Shown here one piece after another: positions 30,381-38,953 of a stretch of 47,498 bases of DNA (position 1 is its first letter; every line of letters starts with the position of its first letter). Source of the stretch: Chloroflexota bacterium (lineage in GTDB: Bacteria > Chloroflexota > Anaerolineae > Anaerolineales > UBA11858); the NCBI GenBank assembly GCA_043818215.1, contig JBDRGC010000459.1, positions 1 to 47,498 of the forward strand, in the 5' to 3' direction. Both the position numbers and the translations under genes were made by a program. The notes beneath the pieces are model-generated. The model was given only the letters and a program-made list of their open reading frames with translations. It was not told the origin of the DNA and searched no databases.

Positions 30381-30497
30381 TAGGAAACTAGGAAACCAGG
30401 AAATCAGGAACATAACCGATCTACTGATTTACTGATCTACTGATCTACTGATCTACTGATCTACTGGTTTACTAATTTACTGGTTTACTGATTCCTG
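30381..30497. repeat. 8-mer arrays TAGGAAAC-type (4 units) then GATCTACT/GGTTTACT-type (10 units)
   Basis: Read directly. Fills the convergent nuoK / SCP2 spacer. Confidence 0.9.
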
Positions 30498-30506
30498 CTT
30501 CCCCCC

Positions 30507-30836
30507 TCACCCCATCTTGAAGAAACTGGTCAACTTCATCGCCAGATTCAGATCCCCGGCCAGTTTGAGCTTGCCCTGCATAAAGCCCTTCATGCCATCT
30601 TCTTTACCGAGCAGCACATCACCGAAGTAGCGACCATCGGCGGTCAGGGTCATGGTGGGATTCTCGGCCTCGCCCTCTGCGACAGTGCAGGCGCCATCTT
30701 TGATGTTGATAATGTAATCGCCGCCTTCGTCGCCAGTGAGGTGGTATTGGATCACAGCCTCCACCCCGGCAGCTTTATCAACGCGGAAGGCCTTTTCGTG
30801 ATTGAAGATCAATTCTTTTACGGTGTATTCGGACAT
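30507..30836 (-). CDS. SCP2 sterol-carrier-like domain protein
   Basis: 109 aa. The C-terminus GKLKLAGDLNLAMKL is typical of SCP-2 domains. AAGGAG RBS. Confidence 0.8.
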   Translation of the reverse strand: MSEYTVKELIFNHEKAFRVDKAAGVEAVIQYHLTGDEGGDYIINIKDGACTVAEGEAENPTMTLTADGRYFGDVLLGKEDGMKGFMQGKLKLAGDLNLAMKLTSFFKMG

Positions 30837-30849
30837 TTTTTTACTCCTT

Positions 30850-30973
30850 GGTTATTGGTGATTTGGGGTTAGGGGTTAGGGGTTAGGGACTAGGGACTAG
30901 GGACTAGGGATTTGATACCAAGTTACCAGATTCCTAGTCACCTAGTCACTAGTCGCCTAGTACCTAATCACCC
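30850..30973. repeat. Opposed heptamer arrays (GGTTAGG/GACTAGG versus CCTAGTC) forming an imperfect hairpin
   Basis: Read directly. The right arm overlaps the thiolase stop codon. Confidence 0.85.
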
Positions 30974-32170
30974 AAGATTCTCGAAAATTCCTGCCGCGCC
31001 CATACCGCCACCGATACACATGGTGACCAGGCCAAACTTCACATCGCGGCGTTTCATCTCGTAGATCATCTGGGTGGTCAGCTTGGCGCCGGTGCATCCC
31101 AGGGGGTGACCGAGTGCGATGGCGCCGCCGTTGACGTTGGTAATATCACCATCGAGGCCCAGTTCACGCATGACCGCCAATCCTTGAGCCGCAAAGGCCT
31201 CATTGAGTTCGATCAATCCGATATCCTCCAGCGACATGCCAGTCAGTTTCATCACTTTGGGCACTGCCTTCATCGGGCCGATTCCCATGAGTTCGGGCGG
31301 CACACCGGCAACAGCAAAAGCGATGAAGCGCACTAGCGGTGTCAGGCCTAGCGATTCGGCTTTGGCGCGCGACATGATGACCACGCCAGCAGCCCCGTCC
31401 GACATCTGGGAGGAGTTGCCAGCCGTCACCGTGCCGCCATCTTTGAAGGCCGGGCGGAGGCGGGCTAAAGCTTCCAGGCTGGTATCGGCCCGCGGCCCTT
31501 CGTCGCGTGCGAAAGTGAAACTGCGCGTCTTAGGCTTGCCGTTCGCTCCGGGCGTGATGATCTCGACTTCCAGCGGGACAATCTCCGGGTCGAAACGGCC
31601 CGAGGTCACCGCGTCGGAGGCGCGCTGGTTGCTGAGCAGGGCGAAGGCATCCTGATCTGCGCGGCTGATGCCGTATTGCTCGGCCACGTTCTCCGCCGTC
31701 AACCCCATGCTGGTGAAGGCCTCGAGGTAATCCACCGCCAGATGGGGGGTGGGGGAAAATTTGTATCCGGCCATAGGAACCATGCTCATCGATTCGACAC
31801 CTCCGGCAATGATCACCTCGGCCTGCCCGGCCATGATGGCGTGGGCCGCGTGAGCAATGCTTTGCAGCCCAGATGAGCAGAAACGATTGACAGTCTCTGC
31901 GGGCACCGAGACTGGCAGCCCGGCCCGGAAGCCGATCAAGCGGGCCACATTCATGCCCTGCTCTCCCTCGGGGAAAGCGCAGCCGATCACCAAATCATCG
32001 ATATCTTCTAAATCTAAGGGTTCGACTTCTTTCAACAAAGCGCGGATCACCGCCGTAGCCATCTCCTCGGGACGCACTGTCACCAGGCTGCCACGTCTGG
32101 CTTTGCCCACCGCCGTTCGTTTAGCTGCCACAATGACGGGATCGCGGGAGGGATTGAGTTGGTTTGTCAT
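30968..32170 (-). CDS. fadA: Acetyl-CoA C-acyltransferase (thiolase)
   Basis: 400 aa. Active-site context NRFCSSGLQ (Cys), NEAFA and GGAIALGHPLGCTG. Confidence 0.95.
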   Translation of the reverse strand: MTNQLNPSRDPVIVAAKRTAVGKARRGSLVTVRPEEMATAVIRALLKEVEPLDLEDIDDLVIGCAFPEGEQGMNVARLIGFRAGLPVSVPAETVNRFCSSGLQSIAHAAHAIMAGQAEVIIAGGVESMSMVPMAGYKFSPTPHLAVDYLEAFTSMGLTAENVAEQYGISRADQDAFALLSNQRASDAVTSGRFDPEIVPLEVEIITPGANGKPKTRSFTFARDEGPRADTSLEALARLRPAFKDGGTVTAGNSSQMSDGAAGVVIMSRAKAESLGLTPLVRFIAFAVAGVPPELMGIGPMKAVPKVMKLTGMSLEDIGLIELNEAFAAQGLAVMRELGLDGDITNVNGGAIALGHPLGCTGAKLTTQMIYEMKRRDVKFGLVTMCIGGGMGAAGIFENLG

Positions 32171-32189
32171 ATTGGTTTTCTCCTTTTTT

Positions 32190-32342
32190 TGTACACGGAT
32201 AACACGGATTTTACGGATTCTTTTTTTCTATTGTGGTTGTTTGATCCAAGACAATGAACCTTTACGTTCATTATCAAAGACCTTACTATCAAATATACGT
32301 GTTATCCGTGTTATCCGTGTCATCCGTGCAATCCGTGTACTA
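32190..32342. mobile_element. Deletion derivative of the adjacent GxxExxY cassette (both ends plus the last roughly 20 codons only)
   Basis: 32190-32286 is about 94% identical to 32349-32445, and 32287-32342 is near-identical to 32844-32899. The 398 bp from 32446 to 32843 of the full copy are missing. Confidence 0.75.
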
Positions 32343-32348
32343 TTTTTC

Positions 32349-32899
32349 TGTACACGGATAACACGGATTTTACGGATTCTTTTTTTCTATTGCGATTGTT
32401 TGATCCAAGACAATGAACCTTTACGCTCATTGTCAAAGACCTTACGTTCGAATTCGGCTTTAGGGCCAAAGTTGAGTAATAGGCCGACTTCGATTTCAGT
32501 CGCTTTGAGATAGCTAAGTAGTTGAGCTTCGTGTTCTTCGGTCAATTCCCGAATCGCTTTCAGTTCTACCATCACCAGATTATCGATCAAAAGATCGGCA
32601 ATATAATTCCCAACAACCTGACCTTCGAAGTACACAGTAATCGGAATTTGCTGCTGAACAACCAAGCCAAGTTTACGCAACCTGATTGCCAGAGCGTTCT
32701 CACAAACTTTCTCCGAGAAACCATATCCGATTTCATTGTACACATCGAAGAAAGCCCCGATGATCTTCTCAGTCAAATCGCTGTGTTTACCCTGAAACTG
32801 CATCCTGGTTAGTTTTCGGCGATTCATCAAACCGCTCTTCATATATCAAATATCCGTATTATCCGTGTTATCCGTGTTATCCGTGCAATCCGTGTACTA
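32349..32899. mobile_element. GxxExxY gene cassette bracketed by inverted arrays of an ACACGGATA-type 9-mer
   Basis: Left end TGTACACGGATAACACGGATTTTACGGAT. Right end ATCCGTATTATCCGTGTTATCCGTGTTATCCGTGCAATCCGTGTACTA. The terminal GTACACGGAT is inverted exactly. Confidence 0.6.
32387..32842 (-). CDS. GxxExxY family protein (PD-(D/E)XK nuclease superfamily)
   Basis: GYGFSEKVCENAL (GxxExx[Y to C]) and ADLLIDNLVMVELKA (D...ExK). The start is uncertain (alternatives at 32827 and 32803). Confidence 0.8.
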   Translation of the reverse strand: MKSGLMNRRKLTRMQFQGKHSDLTEKIIGAFFDVYNEIGYGFSEKVCENALAIRLRKLGLVVQQQIPITVYFEGQVVGNYIADLLIDNLVMVELKAIRELTEEHEAQLLSYLKATEIEVGLLLNFGPKAEFERKVFDNERKGSLSWIKQSQ

Positions 32900-35332
32900 T
32901 TAATTCCTTAAGACCTTACCCGTCTGCAAGAGGCTCCACATACGCTCCTGAGTCTTCGCCTCGCCGCACAGGGAGAGGAAGGCCTCGCGTTCCATGTCGA
33001 GGATATACTGCTCGGCAACCCAGGTGGGCGCACTCAATTCGCCGCCAGTCATAACGTAGATCATCTTCGCGCCGATCTTGGTTTCGTACTCGGTGATATA
33101 GCCGCCTGCGCTGAACATGGAAAGTCCAGCCCGCAAAGCGGACAGCGTGTCGCGCCCGGCAGCGTAGATCTTCTCCGGCGCGGGGGGGCGATACCCCGAG
33201 GCGGCCATGTGAAGCACTTCACGTTTGGCTTCGGCCATCAAATGAGAACGGTTCATCACAATGCGGTCGGCAGGCCCTAAGAAACCAAATTGACGGGCTT
33301 CCATAGCGCTGGTAGCAACCTTAGCCTGCCCTATCAACTCGAAGACCTTCTGCATGAACGGCAAGACCATAGTGTCCTTAACGAGCATGGGCGGGTTGAC
33401 AATGCGACGCAGAAATTCTTTAGTGCCACCGCCGGCCGGAATTACACCCGCGCCAAGCTCGACCTGACCGATGTACAATTCAGCCGCAGCCACGACCCGG
33501 TTGCCGTGCATAGTGATCTCGCCGCCGCCGCCCAGGGTCAACCCAAAAGGGGCCACTACTGCTGGCTTGGGGAAATAGCGCATACGCATATTGGTATCTT
33601 GCAAATACTTCACCATAGCTTCCAGTTGGTCCCACATGCCACTTTGAGCGGCCATCACCACACCGAAGAGATTGGCCCCGGCGCTGAAAGCCCTTTCATC
33701 ATCATTGCTGATAACCAGGCCTTCGAACTCGCCAGCTTCGGCGCGATCCATGGCCTCGTTCATCATGCTCATGATGTCATCGTCGATGGCGTTCATCTTG
33801 GTGTGAAATTCGACACAGGCCACACCGTCCCCCAAATCCACGAGAGTTGCCCCAGGGTTCTGCGCGACCACCTTCCCGGCGTCTTTTTTCTCTTTGAGAA
33901 TGATGTGGGAGGGGGAGCGTTCAAGTGGCACGTACGCGCCAGTGGAGGTATTGTAGGCCCCCACTTTGCGGTCGCCCTCATACTGATAGAAGGAGGGGCT
34001 GCCACTTTGGAGCATGGTTGCCACCCAGGGAGCGGGCGGGAAACCGGCAGCCTCCATCAACGGGATCATTTCAGCAACTCCGAGAGAATCCCACATTTCG
34101 AAGGGGCCGGCTTCGTTGTTGAAGCCCCATCGCATGGCATCATCGAGCGGCTTGGGGATGTCGGCCACTTCGGGGATCAACTCCGAGGCGTAGGCAAAAC
34201 TCTGGAAGGTAAGCGCCCGCACCAACTGCGCGGCGCGGTCGTCACCCTCGATGAAAGCAGTCAATTTTTCGGGCAGAGATTCCGCTTTGCGTGCCCTGCC
34301 AACCGAGTCAAAGCGGGGTTTATCTCCCGGCTCGACATGTTCCAGAGTTTCTAAATCCAGGGTCCAGAACTGCTTCTCGCCGTCCACCAGTACCATTTTA
34401 TAGAACCCTACTTTGGTCTTGTTGCCCAGCCAGCCCTTCTCCACCATGCTGTGGATCAGGTTGTTGGGCCGCTCGGCATTGAGGTAGCGCAGGGCGTGCT
34501 CATCGTGGGGGATGGCCTGCGCCAAGTTGGTGCCGACGTGCTCCCAAACATCCACGCCGACGAGATCGATCAGGCGGAAGGTGGCTGTTTTGGGGCGTCC
34601 GATGGCTGGGCCAGTGATGGCATCCACTTCGGGGACAGTGTAGCCGTGCTCCAAAATGTAATCGAGGGCAAAAGCCCCGCCGCCAAATCCGAGGCGGTTG
34701 GCAATGAAATTGGGGGTATCTTTGCACATCACGATGCCCTTGCCCAGGCGATATTCGCCGAAGCGGGAGATGAAATCCACCACCCCGGGGAGGGTGTCGG
34801 GCGCTGGGATGATTTCCAGCAGCTTGAGGTAACGCGGGGGATTGAAGAAGTGCGTCCCTAAGAAATGCTGCCGGAAACCTTCGGAGCGGCCTTCAGCGAT
34901 AGACGAGACCGGGATGCCCGAGGTGTTGGTGCTGACGATGCAATGCTCTGGGCGGACTGCGTCGATGCGGGCCATCAGACTTTGTTTGATCTTCAGGTTT
35001 TCGATAATGGCTTCGATCACCCAATCAGCTTCGGCAATTACATCGAAGTTATCTTCCAGGTTGCCGGTGGAAACCAGGTCAGAAACATCTTTGGCATAGA
35101 AGCTGGCCGGCCTGGACTTGAGAGCGCGCTGTAAGCCATCGGTGACGATGCGGTTACGCACCGCGAGGGATTCCAGCGTCAGCCCTTGGGACTCTTCCTT
35201 GGGACTAAGCTCCCATGGGACGATGTCCAACAATGTCACCGGAACGCCGGCGTTAGCCAGGTGAGCAGCCAGGGCTGCCCCCATGGTTCCGGCGCCGATG
35301 ACCACGGCTTTGTGTACTTTGTAACAGGTCAT
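32900..35332 (-). CDS. fadN: Bifunctional 3-hydroxyacyl-CoA dehydrogenase / enoyl-CoA hydratase (FadN-like)
   Basis: 810 aa. The N-terminal Rossmann fold is VIGAGTMGAALA, and the C-terminal crotonase-like region includes FSAGANL. GGAGG RBS. Confidence 0.9.
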   Translation of the reverse strand: MTCYKVHKAVVIGAGTMGAALAAHLANAGVPVTLLDIVPWELSPKEESQGLTLESLAVRNRIVTDGLQRALKSRPASFYAKDVSDLVSTGNLEDNFDVIAEADWVIEAIIENLKIKQSLMARIDAVRPEHCIVSTNTSGIPVSSIAEGRSEGFRQHFLGTHFFNPPRYLKLLEIIPAPDTLPGVVDFISRFGEYRLGKGIVMCKDTPNFIANRLGFGGGAFALDYILEHGYTVPEVDAITGPAIGRPKTATFRLIDLVGVDVWEHVGTNLAQAIPHDEHALRYLNAERPNNLIHSMVEKGWLGNKTKVGFYKMVLVDGEKQFWTLDLETLEHVEPGDKPRFDSVGRARKAESLPEKLTAFIEGDDRAAQLVRALTFQSFAYASELIPEVADIPKPLDDAMRWGFNNEAGPFEMWDSLGVAEMIPLMEAAGFPPAPWVATMLQSGSPSFYQYEGDRKVGAYNTSTGAYVPLERSPSHIILKEKKDAGKVVAQNPGATLVDLGDGVACVEFHTKMNAIDDDIMSMMNEAMDRAEAGEFEGLVISNDDERAFSAGANLFGVVMAAQSGMWDQLEAMVKYLQDTNMRMRYFPKPAVVAPFGLTLGGGGEITMHGNRVVAAAELYIGQVELGAGVIPAGGGTKEFLRRIVNPPMLVKDTMVLPFMQKVFELIGQAKVATSAMEARQFGFLGPADRIVMNRSHLMAEAKREVLHMAASGYRPPAPEKIYAAGRDTLSALRAGLSMFSAGGYITEYETKIGAKMIYVMTGGELSAPTWVAEQYILDMEREAFLSLCGEAKTQERMWSLLQTGKVLRN

Positions 35333-35348
35333 AAGTAGCCTCCGAATG

Positions 35349-35447
35349 GATTAGAGATTAGAGATTGGAGATTAGAGATTGGAGATTGGAGATTGGAGAT
35401 TGGAGATTGGAGATTGGGGGGTAAGGGTTAGAGGTTAGAGGTTAGGG
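35349..35447. repeat. Heptamer arrays GATTAGA/GATTGGA (10 units) then GGTTAGR (4 units)
   Basis: Read directly. Confidence 0.95.
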
Positions 35448-35531
35448 AATCTATCCTGAGTGAAATCAAAGGATAAGTTTTAGTGGGCTGTGAACAGTGT
35501 ACCGGGCGTGTGCGGGGGCGGGGCAGGCTGG

Positions 35532-35603
35532 GCCATTCGTAACTCGCCATTCGCCATTCGCCATCCGCCATTCGCCATTCGCCATTCGCCATTCGCCACT
35601 CGC
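35532..35603. repeat. Heptamer array CGCCATT (10 units)
   Basis: Read directly. Ends 1 nt before the stop codon of the next gene. Confidence 0.95.
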
Positions 35604-35604
35604 T

Positions 35605-36528
35605 TCATTCATCTTGGAGCGGCCCCCAAATTTCCAGATTATCAAAGAAAACGGTTATATTATCCTGATCATACTGGGTGCCTGCCATCATACCGACGAA
35701 ACCAGGCCCTATGCCTTCAACGGTCTGTCGGAAAATAAATTCACCATTAACATACAAAGTCAATTTGCCACCACGACACTCGGCTATGATTTGGTTAACT
35801 TCCTGCTGCCCTGTCAGGATTTTGTCGGAAGAACCTAGAATATTCAAATCGACTTTTCCACCGCGGGTCTCCCCCCAGCCGTACTCACCAGCAGAGGTGA
35901 TAAATATTGTGTAATAAGACCCCGCGGCTGTTTCACGACAAGATATTCCCCAATATCCTTTCCCATTCTGTTTGTAAACATCAGCAATCACGCGGACGTC
36001 CGCCAATTTGAGCCAGGATTTGCTGCTGGTGATTTCTACATTCGGTACTGCAACTGTCATAAAGTATGCCCCACGGGCAATTCCAGTGGCCCAGTTTCCA
36101 CCTTTCTTTTTCAGCCAGAAGGCTTCGGTATCCGAAAAATCTTCTTTTATGATCCAGCCAATATCTTTGGTAGCCGTTGGAGACAAGGTCGGGGAAGGCG
36201 TCCAGGTGGGGCGAAGAGTCTTAGTGGGAAGAGGTGTCCACGTGGGATGGAGAGTCTTAGATGGAAGAGGTGTCCATGTGGGACGTGTGGTGGATGTCAA
36301 GGCCTCGGTAGGAACTGGCGTGTTTGTGGGGGCTAACGTAACAGTGGGGGAGCTTCTTTGGGTTGGGACTTGGGTGTCGGTCACTGCGATCGTAGGTTGA
36401 GAGGCTTCTTCAGGGACATCCTCGCTGCTAGCAGGCAGAAAACTGCAAGCCGAAGCAGTAAATGTCAGCAGAATAAAAATGGCCCCAAGTTGGTAGAGCA
36501 AATTACGTTTTACTAGTATCATTTTCAT
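35605..36528 (-). CDS. Probable lipoprotein with a Pro/Thr-rich linker and a C-terminal roughly 190-aa beta-rich domain (paralog A)
   Basis: Signal peptide ending TASAC. Repeats TWTPLP(S/T)KTL. The C-terminal domain is collinear with that of 36575-37459 (EDFSD...W, G.CR...YY, LT.Y.N, FDN..I..P). Confidence 0.7.
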   Translation of the reverse strand: MKMILVKRNLLYQLGAIFILLTFTASACSFLPASSEDVPEEASQPTIAVTDTQVPTQRSSPTVTLAPTNTPVPTEALTSTTRPTWTPLPSKTLHPTWTPLPTKTLRPTWTPSPTLSPTATKDIGWIIKEDFSDTEAFWLKKKGGNWATGIARGAYFMTVAVPNVEITSSKSWLKLADVRVIADVYKQNGKGYWGISCRETAAGSYYTIFITSAGEYGWGETRGGKVDLNILGSSDKILTGQQEVNQIIAECRGGKLTLYVNGEFIFRQTVEGIGPGFVGMMAGTQYDQDNITVFFDNLEIWGPLQDE

Positions 36529-36574
36529 CGCTGCTCTCTAGTAGTACGAATTTGGAAATTCGTACTATAGATGT

Positions 36575-37459
36575 TCACGGCCGAAATATGGCAAAGTTGT
36601 CGAATAGCACATCAACACCCGCACCGGTCAACTTGTTGCCAGCCACGAGGCCAATATCTCCGCTGCTAAAAGTATCGTCCCAGACTTCGAGCAATTGTTG
36701 GTCGTTAGCGTAGACGGTTAGCAGATCACCCGAACAAACACCGCTGACACGGTTGGTCTCACCTTGCCCGCGCTGAATTATACCGGCATTATCTGTACCC
36801 GATTCGAGAAATTCCAGTTCGCCGTCATCCATTTTGAGGATACCGTAAAATCCATCGTCGCCGATAACCAGGGCATAGTAATCTGTGCCATCACCACTAA
36901 AGCGGCAAACCACCCCAAAGTAGCCGTCCGCAGGGCCAGCTTTGCGGGTCACATCCACATCCAGACGCACATCCGCAAATGCTATTTCGCGCAAACTCCA
37001 AATGGCTCCGTTGAGAATATCATTGGAGATATGGTAACCATTGTCGGCATATTCAAAGCCGTAATCATCCTCCTGAACCGTGTACCACACACTTGTATCA
37101 GAGAAATCATCCTCGAAAATGGCCTCGGGGATGCTGGTAGTGGTAGGCATGGATGTCTCGGTTGGCGCCAGCGTGGATGTGATAGTGGGTTCCAGCGTGG
37201 GAGGGGAAGTCGGTTCTGGGGGATGGGTTGGTTCCACCAATGCAGGAGCGGTCAGGGTGACGGTGGGCGGCTCTATTGCCGGTGGATTTGCGGCTGCGTC
37301 GGCCGTATATTGCGCCACAATAGTCTCCGCTGCAGAGGTGAAGACAGCATCGAGGGACGGCGTATCGGCGGGCTGCTGAGTGGGGAGGCAGCCAGCCAGC
37401 AAAGCGACGACCAACCCTACCAGGACAAACACAATTCGAGAGTGCGTTAGTTTTTTCAT
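36575..37459 (-). CDS. Lipoprotein with a Pro/Thr-rich linker and the same C-terminal domain (paralog B)
   Basis: Classical lipobox LLAGC. The domain shared with 35605-36528 is possibly a concanavalin/LamG-like fold (unverified). Confidence 0.7.
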   Translation of the reverse strand: MKKLTHSRIVFVLVGLVVALLAGCLPTQQPADTPSLDAVFTSAAETIVAQYTADAAANPPAIEPPTVTLTAPALVEPTHPPEPTSPPTLEPTITSTLAPTETSMPTTTSIPEAIFEDDFSDTSVWYTVQEDDYGFEYADNGYHISNDILNGAIWSLREIAFADVRLDVDVTRKAGPADGYFGVVCRFSGDGTDYYALVIGDDGFYGILKMDDGELEFLESGTDNAGIIQRGQGETNRVSGVCSGDLLTVYANDQQLLEVWDDTFSSGDIGLVAGNKLTGAGVDVLFDNFAIFRP

Positions 37460-37479
37460 ATCTTATTTCTTCCTACTGC

Positions 37480-38730
37480 TTACCGCAACTGACTGCCGCG
37501 GTAGCCTAACATGTGTCTGGCTACGACCAGCCGGTTGATCTGGCCGGTACCCTCGTAGAGGTCAGTGATCTTGGCGTCGCGGAACCATTTTTCGAGCAGC
37601 AACTCACGACTATAGCCCAAAGGTCCCAAAAGCTCGACGGCTTTTTGGGTGATCTTGACGACGATATCGCCAGCATACACCTTACACATGGAAGCTTCCT
37701 TGGGGTTGTGGATTTTATTGTCAGCCATCCACAATGCCTTGATGGTCAGCAGCCAGGCTGAACGCAGCATAACTTCCATGTCGATGAATTCACGCTCGAT
37801 ATTGGTCAGCTTCTGCCGGGGCAGTCCGTAGCGGATAGTCACGCCGTTCTTTTCTAGCTCTTCCTTGAGCAATTCTAAGGTAGCCCGGGCGATGCCCACT
37901 GCCTGCGCGGCGATAATAGGGCGGGTAGCGTCGAAGGTAGCCATTGCGCCTCTGAAGCCCGTGGTGGATTTCTTTACCGTGGGGCTGCCCAGGATGTTTT
38001 CGTAGGGGACGCGGCAATCCTGCATAATGATAGAGACGGTATCGCTGGCGCGGATGCCCAGTTTATGCTCCATCTTGGTGACTTTGCAGCCTGGGGTGCC
38101 GTACTCGACCACAAAGGAACGCATCCCGGCGCGACCGGCCTCAGGGTCGATGGTGGCCCAAACGACGATGAAGCCCTCCGATTCGACCAGGGCTTTGTGC
38201 CCGGCGGTGACGAAGATCTTCTCGCCATTCAATATCCACTCTTTGGTTTCCTCATCCAGCACTGCCGAAGCTCGGATAGCTGAAGTGTCGGAACCGGCCT
38301 GGGGTTCGGTCATGGCCATGGCGTCGAAAACGGGTTTATCGCCCATGAAGCGGCTCAAAAAACGCTTCTTTTGCTCCGGTGTTCCGGCGGCAGATACAGC
38401 CGCGGAGCCTAACATGCCACCGGGTGTACACAGATATATACCCGCGTCGCCCCAGGACAGCATCTCGACCATGTGAGCCAGACGTTGATAGCCGATAGGG
38501 GGACGCTTTTCTTTCTTTACGTCGTCTGGCTTCTTTTTGCTCTCATCAGGCGCCATGGATGTGCCGCCCATGGATTTCACTGCTGTATGCATGAAGTTGA
38601 TGAAATTCCAGGGAATCTCGTGTTCGTTTTCGTCCATCTCTCGAGACACAGGGCGCATCATGTTGACGGCCACAGTTTCCAAGACATTATTCATTTGTTC
38701 GATAGGTTTGGGGGTTTCGAAATCAATCAT
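37480..38730 (-). CDS. Acyl-CoA dehydrogenase (catalytic-type subunit)
   Basis: 416 aa. TEPQAGSD and the C-terminal RDAKITDLYEGTGQI, which carries the canonical catalytic Glu. GGAG RBS. Confidence 0.9.
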   Translation of the reverse strand: MIDFETPKPIEQMNNVLETVAVNMMRPVSREMDENEHEIPWNFINFMHTAVKSMGGTSMAPDESKKKPDDVKKEKRPPIGYQRLAHMVEMLSWGDAGIYLCTPGGMLGSAAVSAAGTPEQKKRFLSRFMGDKPVFDAMAMTEPQAGSDTSAIRASAVLDEETKEWILNGEKIFVTAGHKALVESEGFIVVWATIDPEAGRAGMRSFVVEYGTPGCKVTKMEHKLGIRASDTVSIIMQDCRVPYENILGSPTVKKSTTGFRGAMATFDATRPIIAAQAVGIARATLELLKEELEKNGVTIRYGLPRQKLTNIEREFIDMEVMLRSAWLLTIKALWMADNKIHNPKEASMCKVYAGDIVVKITQKAVELLGPLGYSRELLLEKWFRDAKITDLYEGTGQINRLVVARHMLGYRGSQLR

Positions 38731-38752
38731 GGTTCAATCTCCTTTTGGGGGG

Positions 38753-38938
38753 TTGGTATATTGGTATGTTGGTATATTGGTATATTGGTTCGCTGATTCG
38801 GTGATCCGTTGATCCATTGATTCGCCGATTCGCCGATTCGCTGATTCGCCGATTCGTTGATTCGTTGATTCGCTGATTCGCCGATTCGTTGATTCGCTGA
38901 TTCGCCGATTCGTTGATTCGCTGATTCGCCGATTCGCC
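38753..38938. repeat. 8-mer TTGGTATA array (4-5 units) followed by heptamer GATTCGY array (about 21 units)
   Basis: Read directly. Fills the spacer between the two ACAD genes. Confidence 0.95.
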
Positions 38939-38953
38939 AACCTACCCAACTAA

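Noticed and set aside
31857-32513. 218-aa plus-strand ORF spanning the thiolase 5' end and the GxxExxY cassette ends
   Set aside because: It is antisense to the thiolase and then translates the 9-mer repeat arrays (IRVIRVIRVIRAIRV). It is not a plausible protein.
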